In this document: piece by piece, positions 9,054 through 18,667 of the stretch
How positions within the stretch are numbered: the first letter of the stretch is position 1
Layout of the letters: every line of letters begins with the position of its first letter
Origin: Chloroflexota bacterium
GTDB lineage: Bacteria > Chloroflexota > Dehalococcoidia > Lucifugimonadales > JADFKI01
Assembly: GCA_027623195.1 (NCBI GenBank)
Contig: JAQBUT010000014.1
Location: forward strand, 21,881-85,880
Length of the DNA: 64,000 bases
Direction of reading: 5' to 3'
Notes under the pieces: generated by a model
What the model was told of the DNA's origin: nothing
Seen by the model: the letters and a program-made list of their open reading frames with translations, nothing else
Database searches by the model: none
Position numbers and translations under genes: made by a program

Positions 9054-10280
9054 CTACACTACCCCCGATGCGCGAAGTACCATCAGTTCGTCCTTTGACA
9101 GGCCTAGCTTTTCTCTGTAAATCCGTTGGTTGTCCTGGCCCAACATCGGCGCTGGACACGATGCCTCCCAAGGGGTACCGCTCATCCTGAACGGCGCACC
9201 GGGGTAGGTGGCCGGGCCTATCACAGGATGGTCGATCTCGGTGAAGTAGCCCCGATGCCTGTACTGCTCGCTGTCAACAACCTCTGCCGGACTCTGCACT
9301 ACGCCATAAATACTGCCTCGGCGTTTATGGGCCTCCTGGAAAAGATCGTATTTGTTCCATCTGCCAAATCCTCTTTCCAGCGCCTCGTGTAGCTCCTTGG
9401 CATGCTCCAACCTACGTTCGGGGGTGGAGAAGTCTTCTCGCTTTAAATCAGGTTCGCCCAGGAAATCGCTGGTGTCATCCCAGTCGACCGCGCCTCCGAA
9501 GTGTATCGGCACGATGTATCCGTCTTTGGCGGGCATAGGACTCCTGGGCATATCCCCTGAATAGGTATTCTGGCGCTGGCGGATTGCCCCGATGTAGCTG
9601 AAAAGTGACGCCGTGTCTCGAAGCGCAGACGCTACCGCCTCGTGAATCGAAACGTCGACATGCTGCCCATCGCCCGTGGTCAGGCGATGGAAGTAAGCAA
9701 TCAATGCAGCCGTGGCCGCGTTGGTGCCGGCCTTGAACTGGGTCTGCCTCAGCGCGTGCTTCAATGGCTCCCTGTCATGAGAGCCCAGGATGTACATCAA
9801 TCCGCCCAAGGCATATTCCACGATGTCGGTGGCCTTGTAGTCACGATAGGGTCCCGTCTGGCCGAAGTTGGAAATGGAAACGTATATGAGTTCTGGGTTG
9901 ATTCTCTGAAGCGATTCGTAGTCTAGGCCAAAACCAGGCATAACTCTGGGGGAAAAGTTCTCCACTACCATATCGGCGTCGGCCACCAGTCGTTCCAGCA
10001 AGCCCCTGCCTGTGGGGGATTTCAGGTCTAGTGTAATGCCGCGTTTGCTGGTATTGAGGTAGGCGAAGAGAAGGCTTGTATCGGGGTGAGGCTCGTCGTT
10101 AGGGAAGGGGGCCATGCCTCTAGCCGGGTCGCCCACGCCGGGCCGCTCAACCTTTGTGACCTCGGCTCCAAAGTCCGCCAGTAGCTTCGTGCAGTAAGGC
10201 CCCGCGACGTGGTGCGTCAGGTCCAGCACCTTTACGCCTGCCAGCGCCCTTCTGTCGTTATTCTTTGAATTCGAAGTCAT
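9054..10280 (-). CDS. family III CoA-transferase, subunit apparently lacking catalytic Asp
   Basis: AGPYCTKLLADFGA, NTSKRGITLDL, ENFSP; QTQFKAG at the expected Asp position. Confidence 0.9.
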   Translation of the reverse strand: MTSNSKNNDRRALAGVKVLDLTHHVAGPYCTKLLADFGAEVTKVERPGVGDPARGMAPFPNDEPHPDTSLLFAYLNTSKRGITLDLKSPTGRGLLERLVADADMVVENFSPRVMPGFGLDYESLQRINPELIYVSISNFGQTGPYRDYKATDIVEYALGGLMYILGSHDREPLKHALRQTQFKAGTNAATAALIAYFHRLTTGDGQHVDVSIHEAVASALRDTASLFSYIGAIRQRQNTYSGDMPRSPMPAKDGYIVPIHFGGAVDWDDTSDFLGEPDLKREDFSTPERRLEHAKELHEALERGFGRWNKYDLFQEAHKRRGSIYGVVQSPAEVVDSEQYRHRGYFTEIDHPVIGPATYPGAPFRMSGTPWEASCPAPMLGQDNQRIYREKLGLSKDELMVLRASGVV

Positions 10281-10418
10281 AAGCCCCGTTCGACCTATAT
10301 ACCAATTTATAAGAAATCTTCACGGGCTTAGCCACCCGCCAAAATACATGTGGGATAATATCACACCGTACCAGCCCATTATCGGCCCGGCTAAAACTAC
10401 CAGAGGTATTTTTAAGAA

Positions 10419-11738
10419 GTGTCAAAAAAGCCGCTTTTCGGTATTGTTGCCGACGATTTGACCGGCGCTATGGATTCTTCCGGAGCAATGGCTACGCACG
10501 GACTCTCGGCAGAGGTGTTGCCACATGGCGGCGATGTTCTCAGCCAAATTTCCGCCGATGTGATTTGCATCAACACGCAGAGTAGACTGCTGCCTGAAAC
10601 ACAGGCCCGCCAGGCGGTTGTCACGGCCACCGCCCGCCTGCTGTTGTTTGGCTGCGACAGACTTTACAAGAAGCTCGACTCGACGCTGCGAGGCAATGTA
10701 GGAGTAGAGCTTGCCGCAATGATGAGCGCATCTGGGGTAGAACACGCCTTCGTTTGCCCTGCATTTCCGGAGATGGGCCGCACCGTGCGAGATGGCATAC
10801 TGGAGGTGGATGGCCTCTCTCTAACCGTAACCCGAGAGGGCAACGACCCATTTAGTGGAGTAGGCGAGGCGTCCGTTGTCCGCTTGCTGCAAATGCAGAC
10901 CGAACACAGCGTAGGCCACGTGCCTATCGACCTGGTGGACCAGGGGCCGAACGCGGTGCTGGCCGGGGTGGAGAGCCTGCTGGCCGCCGGTAACACCTTG
11001 TTCGCGTTGGACGCCGTCTCGCCTGAGCACATGATTACGCTGGCCTCAGTTCTTAGGGATTTCTACCCGAATGATCTGGTGGCCGGTTCTGCAGGCCTAG
11101 CCTCTACGCTTGCCATGGCAACAAGTCATGTACAGGCGGACACGGTCGGCGAGCCGCTCACAAGGTCTGCCGGCGACTTTCTGGTCATCTCAGGTAGCCT
11201 GCATCCGGCCTCTTATGAACAGCTGAAGCGACTCTCCGAGGCCGCTAACGTCGCTTTGCTTCCCATAGAAACGGCGGCAATTCTGCAAAATTCCAAGGCG
11301 GGCCAGGAAACCGCCGCGTCTACGGTTCTGGAGGCTTTACGCCATTTCGCGAACAGAAAGCACGTCGTTTTATTCGAGGAAAGCCCAGAGTCAATCCAAA
11401 GCCTCCTGGACCTAATGCAAGACGCATCTTCCACTTTCGACCCGATACAGGCCATAGCCAATTTCTACCATCACGTTCTCACTGGCCTGCTTGACCAGCC
11501 AATCCTATCCGGCCTCGTGGTGATCGGAGGGGAGACAGCCCACATGGTGACCAAGGCCATCGGTGCAAAGTCCATCAGGGTCTTCGGCGACGTCCGATCC
11601 GGAATACCCGTTGGTCGCCTCAAAGGTGGCGCCGCCGACGGGAACTTGTTGGTAACAAAGGCTGGCGGGTTCGGCGCACCCTCCGCACTGGCCGAGGTTA
11701 TCGATTACCTGGAAGACGTTCCACAAACCGAAGCATGA
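10419..11738 (+). CDS. four-carbon acid sugar kinase family protein (DUF1537, DtnK/DenK-like)
   Basis: ADDLTGA, YKKLDSTLRGN, PAFPEMGR, GGETA, TKAGGFG. Confidence 0.92.
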   Translation: MSKKPLFGIVADDLTGAMDSSGAMATHGLSAEVLPHGGDVLSQISADVICINTQSRLLPETQARQAVVTATARLLLFGCDRLYKKLDSTLRGNVGVELAAMMSASGVEHAFVCPAFPEMGRTVRDGILEVDGLSLTVTREGNDPFSGVGEASVVRLLQMQTEHSVGHVPIDLVDQGPNAVLAGVESLLAAGNTLFALDAVSPEHMITLASVLRDFYPNDLVAGSAGLASTLAMATSHVQADTVGEPLTRSAGDFLVISGSLHPASYEQLKRLSEAANVALLPIETAAILQNSKAGQETAASTVLEALRHFANRKHVVLFEESPESIQSLLDLMQDASSTFDPIQAIANFYHHVLTGLLDQPILSGLVVIGGETAHMVTKAIGAKSIRVFGDVRSGIPVGRLKGGAADGNLLVTKAGGFGAPSALAEVIDYLEDVPQTEA

Positions 11739-11842
11739 GCGCTTATCTGCAAGGAGCGAAGCCGCGGTTGCCGGTTTGAACCGCTGCGCTTATAATCTGG
11801 CTACGCATATATATCGGTACTAGACCCGCTCAGGAGGATTAA

Positions 11843-12817
11843 ATGAGCGCAACAATCGCCAACTTGGCACCCAACGCCGACCAACTGGAGACGCTGCAAA
11901 GTCTGTCCCCGGAAGGAACCACTGTGAAGTGGGTGGACTCCACGCAGTCACTAGAGGAGCAGGCAAAGCAACTTGAGGGTATCTCGGCCGTCGTCGTAAC
12001 GCCTTCGGAGTACCCCGTAGAGCTTGCAGCGCTCACCAAAGACGTTAGGCTGGTGCAGACGGTAAGCGCCGGCACCAACATGATCGATAAGACAGCCCTT
12101 GGTGAACTGGGCATTCGTGTCGCCAACAACGGCGGCGGAAACGCCATCGCCGTATCCGAACACACCATCACCTTGATGACCAGCGTCTATCGCAAGATGC
12201 AGCTTCAATTTAAGTCTGTACAGGCGGGGGATTGGGCAGGGAATATCCGCAGCGACTGGATGTCACAGGCCCACGAGATAGCCGGCAAGACTGTCGGCAT
12301 TATCGGACTGGGTCGCATCGGCTCGAGAGTTGCCCGACGACTACAGGGGTGGGAGTGCGAACTCCTGTACAGCGACATCGAACCCGCTTCTCCCGAGCTA
12401 GAGGCGGAGCTTCACATAACGCGAGTATCCCAACAGGAGCTGTTGGAGAGGTCCGACATTGTGACCTTGCACGTTCCCTTAAACCGCAGCACTACAAAGA
12501 TGATTTCGGATGCGGAGTTCGACATGATGAAGCCCACCGCAGTCCTCATCAACGCGTGCCGTGGTCCGGTTGTAGACGAGGCGGCGCTTATCCGAGCCAT
12601 TGAGCAGAAGAAGATCATGTCGGCAGGCCTGGATGTTACAGAGGTAGAGCCCACGCCCAAGGACAACCCGCTACTGGGGTTCGAGAACGTGCTGATAACG
12701 CCGCACCTGGCAGCCTTCGCTCAGGAGTCCAACGAGCGCGCCCGCACCTTCGCAGTGAACAACTCAACGAGGGTCGCCATGGGACAGGAACCCGAGTCCA
12801 TTGTGTTGCCTGACTAA
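11843..12817 (+). CDS. D-isomer-specific 2-hydroxyacid dehydrogenase
   Basis: GIIGLGRIG, LHVPL, INACRG, LDVTEVEP, TPHLA; AGGAGG RBS. Confidence 0.92.
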   Translation: MSATIANLAPNADQLETLQSLSPEGTTVKWVDSTQSLEEQAKQLEGISAVVVTPSEYPVELAALTKDVRLVQTVSAGTNMIDKTALGELGIRVANNGGGNAIAVSEHTITLMTSVYRKMQLQFKSVQAGDWAGNIRSDWMSQAHEIAGKTVGIIGLGRIGSRVARRLQGWECELLYSDIEPASPELEAELHITRVSQQELLERSDIVTLHVPLNRSTTKMISDAEFDMMKPTAVLINACRGPVVDEAALIRAIEQKKIMSAGLDVTEVEPTPKDNPLLGFENVLITPHLAAFAQESNERARTFAVNNSTRVAMGQEPESIVLPD

Positions 12818-12860
12818 TTAGCCCGTCATAGGCGAATTAGCCATCCTGGAATCGCAAAAT

Positions 12861-12904
12861 ATTAAAAGCCCAGTCGTTCAAAGTCGGACGACTGGGCTTT
12901 TAAT
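12861..12904. terminator. bidirectional intrinsic terminator
   Basis: ATTAAAAGCCCAGTCGT / ACGACTGGGCTTTTAAT inverted repeat between convergent genes. Confidence 0.85.
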
Positions 12905-12963
12905 TTACATACTTAGATTTGGGCCTACTGTGGCGCTGTTCAACTACTAGCGCCAAATTTACC

Positions 12964-13662
12964 CTAGGGGTAGCTGACGCCGATTTTTTTTAGAACGTCC
13001 AACGGACTGGAATCCAGCAGCATGTTGGCCTCGTCTTCGTCCAGTCCGGCTCCCCGCGCGATCTTAAGGGCAAACTCCCTGGTTAGCAGGTCTTCCGGGG
13101 CGTGCGCATCTGAGTCCATTACTATTCTGGCCCCGGCCTCATTCGCAGTCCGAACCACATGACCGTTAGCGAATCCGTGGCCTTTTCTGGCGGAGACCTC
13201 CAGGAATATACCATTCTCGGCGGCTGTCCTGGCATCGTCAGGCGTTATCAATCCAGGGTGGGCAAGTATATCCACATGCTTGGAAGTGACGGCGGCGTGG
13301 TTGGTCCCGGACTCCACTGGCTCGACGACCGTCTCGCCATGCACGTTGACCATCTTTGCGCCAAGGGCTCGAGCGTCTCTAGCCATCATGTCGATGTCCT
13401 CTACGGGCGCGTAGGTAATCTCCACCCCGGGCAGCGCCAGTATGTCCCAGCGTTTGGAAGCCAACGCGCAGTCCGTTACCAGAGTTTTGATGACGAACTC
13501 CAGGTTGCCTGGCCCAACGTGGTCGGTCACCGCGATGACCTTGTAGCCGATGTGAACAGCCCTGCGGATAAGCTCAGTTGGGGCAAGCTCACCGTCGCTC
13601 AAAAACGTATGTGTATGAAAATCAAACAATTTCTTGTGTCCTCGGAATATTTTCCGCGCCAT
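12964..13662 (-). CDS. PHP-domain phosphoesterase (histidinol-phosphatase-like)
   Basis: DFHTHT, SDG, TDH, GVE, AHPG, SDAH metal motifs; start codon uncertain. Confidence 0.85.
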   Translation of the reverse strand: MARKIFRGHKKLFDFHTHTFLSDGELAPTELIRRAVHIGYKVIAVTDHVGPGNLEFVIKTLVTDCALASKRWDILALPGVEITYAPVEDIDMMARDARALGAKMVNVHGETVVEPVESGTNHAAVTSKHVDILAHPGLITPDDARTAAENGIFLEVSARKGHGFANGHVVRTANEAGARIVMDSDAHAPEDLLTREFALKIARGAGLDEDEANMLLDSSPLDVLKKIGVSYP

Positions 13663-13756
13663 CGCTGACCGCCGCAACCACTCGTACATAGACGGCCTCT
13701 GCCATCACGGTAGGCGTAACCGATGTTGCGAGCGACCAGCCTTCATGGATACGGCT

Positions 13757-14320
13757 TTACGCCTGCAGGTGTGCCATGAGGTCGCGCATCGCTTGGCCAG
13801 TGTTGCCCATGTAGAACGCTGGCACCTCGTTATCATGGTTGACCTTTAGAGAAACAAAGACCGGACCCTTGGCACTCATAACTTCAGGCAACTGCGTCAC
13901 CAGGTCCTCCAGGTTGTCGAACACGAAGGTCTCATTGAAGCCTGCCTCTCGTGCCATACCGGCCAAGTTGAACAGGCCCGCGCCAGGTATGGGCTGAGCG
14001 CCGGTGGTAAAGTAGACGCCGTCCTCAAAGACGAAGTGCACCAGGTTCTCCGGCTGCTGACCGGCGATGGTAACCAGAACTCCAAGGTTCATAAGCAGAC
14101 CGCCGTCGCCATCCAGTATCAGGACCTTCTTGTCGGGCTGCGCCAGGGCCAGTCCCAGACCTACCGACGACGCTTTGCCCATGGCCCCGAATATTGGGAG
14201 GTCCCGCTGCTTGTTCGTGGTTACAACATCCCAGTAGCGATTGGGGGTCATAGTGCTGACCACCAGAGCATCGCCTCTAACATGGCTAATGGCCTTGGCT
14301 GCGTCTGCCGATGAAATCAT
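13757..14320 (-). CDS. TPP-dependent decarboxylase beta subunit (ComE / phosphonopyruvate decarboxylase C-terminal-like)
   Basis: GAMGKASSVGLG and LDGDGGLLMN TPP-binding motif; 187 aa. Confidence 0.85.
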   Translation of the reverse strand: MISSADAAKAISHVRGDALVVSTMTPNRYWDVVTTNKQRDLPIFGAMGKASSVGLGLALAQPDKKVLILDGDGGLLMNLGVLVTIAGQQPENLVHFVFEDGVYFTTGAQPIPGAGLFNLAGMAREAGFNETFVFDNLEDLVTQLPEVMSAKGPVFVSLKVNHDNEVPAFYMGNTGQAMRDLMAHLQA

Positions 14321-14449
14321 CTTTTTGGATTCTCCGATATTCGTTTGGGATTATTCGAAAAGTAGCCTTTGGCACTCGGTTACTTTTGTGCCTAAGGAAT
14401 TGTAGAGCCTACCAAGATGCCGCACAAGGCGACGTGGCCAAGCCGTCTG

Positions 14450-15058
14450 CTACGCCCGGCCTGAAGGCCCCTCATAACGCATGTCATCAGGCAGCGCATC
14501 GGAAAGGCCCAGGGCATGGATGACGCGCTGCGCAACAAAGTCTGCGATGTCTTGCATCGACTTGGGCTTTAGGTAGAAGGGCGGCTCTGGCGGCAAAATG
14601 GTAACGCCCAACCTGGCTAGCGAGGCCATGTTCTCCAGATGAATGGCGTGCAGTGGGGTCTCTCGTGGCACTAGCACAAGGGGTCGGCGTTCCTTCATGC
14701 AAACGTCAGCGGCCCGCCGGACCAGGTTATCGGACATGCCATGAGCAACGGCAGCCACCGTGGCCATGCTGCACGGCACAATCGCCATACCACGCGTCGG
14801 GAATGTCCCGCTGGCGATGGGCGCGGTCAGCTCTCCAGGCTGGTAGTAGGCGAAGTCGCCGGTATCTTGCCAACGCTCCAGCGCGGTGCCGAAGGACTCG
14901 TCCATTTCCTCCTGCCAGACCATTCGGGCGGCAGAAGAGGCCGTGGCCATCACGGGCATATCCATTTCCAGGAGCGTGTCGATAACGCTTCCGGCCAGCA
15001 TAGCCCCACTGGCTCCGGTAATGCCCACAACAACCGGATGTCCTATTTGAGATGTCAC
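14450..15058 (-). CDS. ubiX: flavin prenyltransferase
   Basis: VGITGASG, ASGT, PCSM, RRAADVCMKERR, PRETP; GTG start with GGAGG RBS. Confidence 0.93.
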   Translation of the reverse strand: MTSQIGHPVVVGITGASGAMLAGSVIDTLLEMDMPVMATASSAARMVWQEEMDESFGTALERWQDTGDFAYYQPGELTAPIASGTFPTRGMAIVPCSMATVAAVAHGMSDNLVRRAADVCMKERRPLVLVPRETPLHAIHLENMASLARLGVTILPPEPPFYLKPKSMQDIADFVAQRVIHALGLSDALPDDMRYEGPSGRA

Positions 15059-15071
15059 GAAAATCCTCCGC

Positions 15072-15950
15072 CTATACCAGTAGAGCCAGAGCCGTGGCCA
15101 CAAAAACCGACGTGGACACGTACGCGTTCACCCTCATGAAGGCAATGCCCATACGAGAGGTGTCCTCCGGGGAGACTAGCCTGTGCCTGTATACCAGCAG
15201 GCCTGCCGCAACAATCACCCCGACGTAAAAGGGCCATGCCAGCGACATCAGCACGCCTACACCCGTCAGAGCGCAGACCGCCAGTACGTCCAGAATCTTG
15301 GAGAATCGAAAGGCGGCAACTACGCCGAAGCGGCTGGCAACCGAGTGCAGTCCTTCCTTTTTTTGGAAGTCGAAATCCTGAGTGTGGTACAGAATATCGA
15401 AGCTTCCGGCCCAAAGTGCCACAGCGGCAGAGAGCAGAACCGGAGCCCAGGTCAGGCTCCCAGTGACGCCGATCCACGCGGCAGAGGGAGCAATGGCCAA
15501 CGCCCACCCAATTAGAAGGTTCGAGGTCCAGGTGAACCGCTTTGTGTACGGGTAAAGGACCAGGTACGCCGCCGCAACAGGCGCCAGGGCAAATGCCAAC
15601 GGGTTAAGCCTGTACGCGGCGAACATGAACACAACGAAGGCCACCAGAGTCAGCGCCACCATCTCCGAGGTCTTGAGCAGGCCGGCAGGCAGATGACGTG
15701 CAGCGTTTCTCGGGTTCTTGGCATCTATGTTGCGGTCGACAATCCGGTTGACGGCCATTCCCACTGTGCGCGCTCCCACCATGGCGACGGTAATCCATAT
15801 GAACTGACCCAGCGTTGGCAGTCCTCGCGCCGCCAGTATCATTCCCGTGTAAGCGAACGGCAGGGCGAAGATGCTCTCCCGGTAGCGTATGGCGTCCAGA
15901 AAGTGGTTGAGCTTTTTGCCTGCCGCCAGTGGCATGCTTGCAGCCGTCAT
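15072..15950 (-). CDS. mqnP: UbiA-family polyprenyltransferase (MqnP-like, futalosine menaquinone pathway)
   Basis: FALPFAY, NRIVDRNID, YPYTKRF, FDILY; ATGA overlap with ubiD. Confidence 0.82.
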   Translation of the reverse strand: MTAASMPLAAGKKLNHFLDAIRYRESIFALPFAYTGMILAARGLPTLGQFIWITVAMVGARTVGMAVNRIVDRNIDAKNPRNAARHLPAGLLKTSEMVALTLVAFVVFMFAAYRLNPLAFALAPVAAAYLVLYPYTKRFTWTSNLLIGWALAIAPSAAWIGVTGSLTWAPVLLSAAVALWAGSFDILYHTQDFDFQKKEGLHSVASRFGVVAAFRFSKILDVLAVCALTGVGVLMSLAWPFYVGVIVAAGLLVYRHRLVSPEDTSRMGIAFMRVNAYVSTSVFVATALALLV

Positions 15951-17401
15951 ATGCCGTACTCTCCCCATTTGCCGTCTACCAGGCGTTTAATGTCGTCCGA
16001 CATTTCTATATCGGGAGGCCACTCCCGCTTAAACCCGTCCATTGGCCCTTTGGCAGTCGCGTCTATGCCCATCTTGCTGCCGTACCTGGGCATTGCGGAT
16101 GCGTGTTCCAGATCATCCAGGGGTCCTTCCGTGAATATGATATCTCTGCCGGGGTCTAGGTTGGTGGCGACCCGCCACGCAACTTCAGAGGTATTCTGGA
16201 CGTCCACGTAATGGTCCACGACGACGATGGTCTTGGCCAGCATCATGAGGCCTATGCCCCACAAAGCGTGCATGACTTTACTGGCCTGCCCAGCGTACTC
16301 CTTCTTGATGGATACAATGACAAGATTGTGGAATATGCCCTCCGCAGGCATATTTATGTCCACAACCTCAGGCAGCGTCATCTGCAAAGCCGGAAGCATG
16401 ATGCGCTCGCTGGCCTTGCCCATAAAGTAGTCCTCTTTGGGGGGCCTGCCTACAAAGGTCGTTGGGTAGATCGGGTCCTTGCGATGGGTAATGGCCGTGA
16501 GGTGGAAGATCGGGTAGTCCTCGGCGAGAGAGTAGTAGCCGGTGTGATCGCCGAAAGGCCCCTCCGGCCTCATTTCGCCAGGGACCACGTAGCCTTCTAA
16601 CACGAATTCGGACTGGGCAGGCACTTCCAGGTCCACCGTCTTGCAGCGCACCATGTCCACGGATTCGCCTCGGATGATTCCCGATACGCCTATCTCATCC
16701 ATGTCCGGCGGAAGAGGCATACTGCCCGACCACATGGTTGTGGGGTCGCCACCGATAGCCACGGCTACCTCCATGCGTTCCACGCCCTTTTCCTGGTTGG
16801 AGCGATAGTGCCGCGCGCCTACCTTGTGGCTCTGCCAGTGCATCCCAATGGTCTTACCGTCGAAAATCTGCATTCGGTAAATACCGACGTTGCGCCTACC
16901 GGAGTCGGGGTCGCGGGAAATAACCAACGGAAGGGTGATGTAGCGACCTGCGTCCAAAGGCCAGCACTTTAGCGCGGGCAGCATGTTCACATCGGCTTCA
17001 TCGCCTATCAGTACAACATCCTGGCATGGCCCACTTCGGACGACTTTGGGCTGAGTTCGGGCCAAACCTGCCAGGTCGCCAAGGGTACGCAGTTTGCTCA
17101 CGATACCGGTGGGTGGCGTTTGCGCCATGCCGATGATCTGACGCACGCGGTCGGAAAGCTCATCGATATGGTCGACTCCCAACGCCCAGGCCATGCGTTG
17201 GTGAGAGCCATAGAGGTTGATGACGACCGGGATGTCGTAACCATCTACGTTTTCGAAAAGAAGAGCGGGTCCGCCTGCTGCAACAACACGATCAGCGATT
17301 TCCGTGATCTCAAGCTCGCAACTGACGGGCGTCTTGATACGGCGTAGCTCGCCTTTGGATTCCAGGAACAATAGGAACTCCCGTAGGTCCTTGTATTTCA
17401 T
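15947..17401 (-). CDS. ubiD: UbiD-family decarboxylase (menaquinone biosynthesis, MqnL-like)
   Basis: YKDLREF, GGPALLF, RNVGIYR, EGPFGDHTGYY, SKMGIDAT. Confidence 0.93.
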   Translation of the reverse strand: MKYKDLREFLLFLESKGELRRIKTPVSCELEITEIADRVVAAGGPALLFENVDGYDIPVVINLYGSHQRMAWALGVDHIDELSDRVRQIIGMAQTPPTGIVSKLRTLGDLAGLARTQPKVVRSGPCQDVVLIGDEADVNMLPALKCWPLDAGRYITLPLVISRDPDSGRRNVGIYRMQIFDGKTIGMHWQSHKVGARHYRSNQEKGVERMEVAVAIGGDPTTMWSGSMPLPPDMDEIGVSGIIRGESVDMVRCKTVDLEVPAQSEFVLEGYVVPGEMRPEGPFGDHTGYYSLAEDYPIFHLTAITHRKDPIYPTTFVGRPPKEDYFMGKASERIMLPALQMTLPEVVDINMPAEGIFHNLVIVSIKKEYAGQASKVMHALWGIGLMMLAKTIVVVDHYVDVQNTSEVAWRVATNLDPGRDIIFTEGPLDDLEHASAMPRYGSKMGIDATAKGPMDGFKREWPPDIEMSDDIKRLVDGKWGEYGI

Positions 17402-17404
17402 GCG

Positions 17405-18553
17405 TTATCCAGGCGGCTTTCCAGAAAGCCTGAGGTCTGTAGACGAAATGTCACTACGGAACGCAGATTCTGGCACTTCGCGGAACATGTCTTTGAAATC
17501 GGCGGGCACCTCTACCTCGGAAACAGTATGGAAGCCCTCAGAATCGGCCCGGCCTGCCACCAGGAAACTGCATCCCAACGACCGCATCTCCTCCAACGCC
17601 AGCAGCAATTTCAACTCTTGGCCATCGTAGTACCGCGGATTCACAATACGCACGGCGGTGTCCCAACCAATTACAAAGGTGCAGCCTGGAAGAATACGTG
17701 CCTTTTTGAAAAACACAGGGACGCCTGTAAGGACGATAGGCCTTTTGCCTTTGAACTGGGCCACTCTGGCGCGGACTTCAGCTTCCTCAAGGGGAGGCTT
17801 GTCTACATTCGCGACGGAAAGCTCATAGCTGACCTGCGCCTTGAGAATGTCAGACGCAACCTCAGCAAGACTCTCATGGCCCTTGTGGAGAGGATTGAAT
17901 GAGCCAGGCAAAACGCCGCCCTGCATTGGAGCGTCTGCCGACATTGTGCCGTCAGGAAGGACCGTGGCGCTGTCCACATGGCCTGCCACAAGCGCCGCAA
18001 TCGGGTCCGCATACAGCTTGTGCTCAGCCTCTATTCGTTCGGCATCATCCAGTGCAGTGGGCACGTCGACGAACCCACCGCTGGCTTCGACAAGTGCCTT
18101 GAGAACCAGTCGACTGGCAATCTCGTCCTCGCCATCCCTGTCGCGGAGGCCTTTGTTGAACGTAAGACTGTAAGCGCGTACGCCGTCGGCACTCCACGCA
18201 GCGACATGGCACCGATGGTCGCCCCTCTTGGGCCTGTCAGTGGCTATAGTGGCCGTGCAAGCCACCCCGAGGACCGGAGTGTCGTCTTGGCGCAGAAAAA
18301 CTGCCCGCAGGTAGGCAGCACGTGCCATGTCCTTGGCCGCTTCTATTGAGACGAACTGCTCTGGTTCATGACCAACTAGGTCAACAAAAGCGGACGAAGC
18401 GTACGGCACCGTGATTTCCAGCACAGTGCGGGACGCTCCAGCGACACCCAGAAGCCATGCAATGGCCTGAGTGCCGGCGCCTGCCACCGCGAACACCGCC
18501 TGCGCAGGATGGTCGTGTATTTTCTGGACAATGTCCCTGATATCGTCATTCAT
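17405..18553 (-). CDS. CinA-C-like domain fused to an HxGH nucleotidyltransferase (NMNAT-like)
   Basis: GASRTVLE..VPY in the N-domain; GSFNPLHKGH, GWDT and ISSTDLR in the C-domain. Confidence 0.8.
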   Translation of the reverse strand: MNDDIRDIVQKIHDHPAQAVFAVAGAGTQAIAWLLGVAGASRTVLEITVPYASSAFVDLVGHEPEQFVSIEAAKDMARAAYLRAVFLRQDDTPVLGVACTATIATDRPKRGDHRCHVAAWSADGVRAYSLTFNKGLRDRDGEDEIASRLVLKALVEASGGFVDVPTALDDAERIEAEHKLYADPIAALVAGHVDSATVLPDGTMSADAPMQGGVLPGSFNPLHKGHESLAEVASDILKAQVSYELSVANVDKPPLEEAEVRARVAQFKGKRPIVLTGVPVFFKKARILPGCTFVIGWDTAVRIVNPRYYDGQELKLLLALEEMRSLGCSFLVAGRADSEGFHTVSEVEVPADFKDMFREVPESAFRSDISSTDLRLSGKPPG

Positions 18554-18667
18554 AAAAGAGTAGGAATTATCCCGGTTAAATGAGTTTCAGAACCTAATAT
18601 AAAGGCCTGCCAAATTGCCCGCAACAGATGGGCTCCTGGAAACCTGTTAGATGGGGTAGTTGTACAG

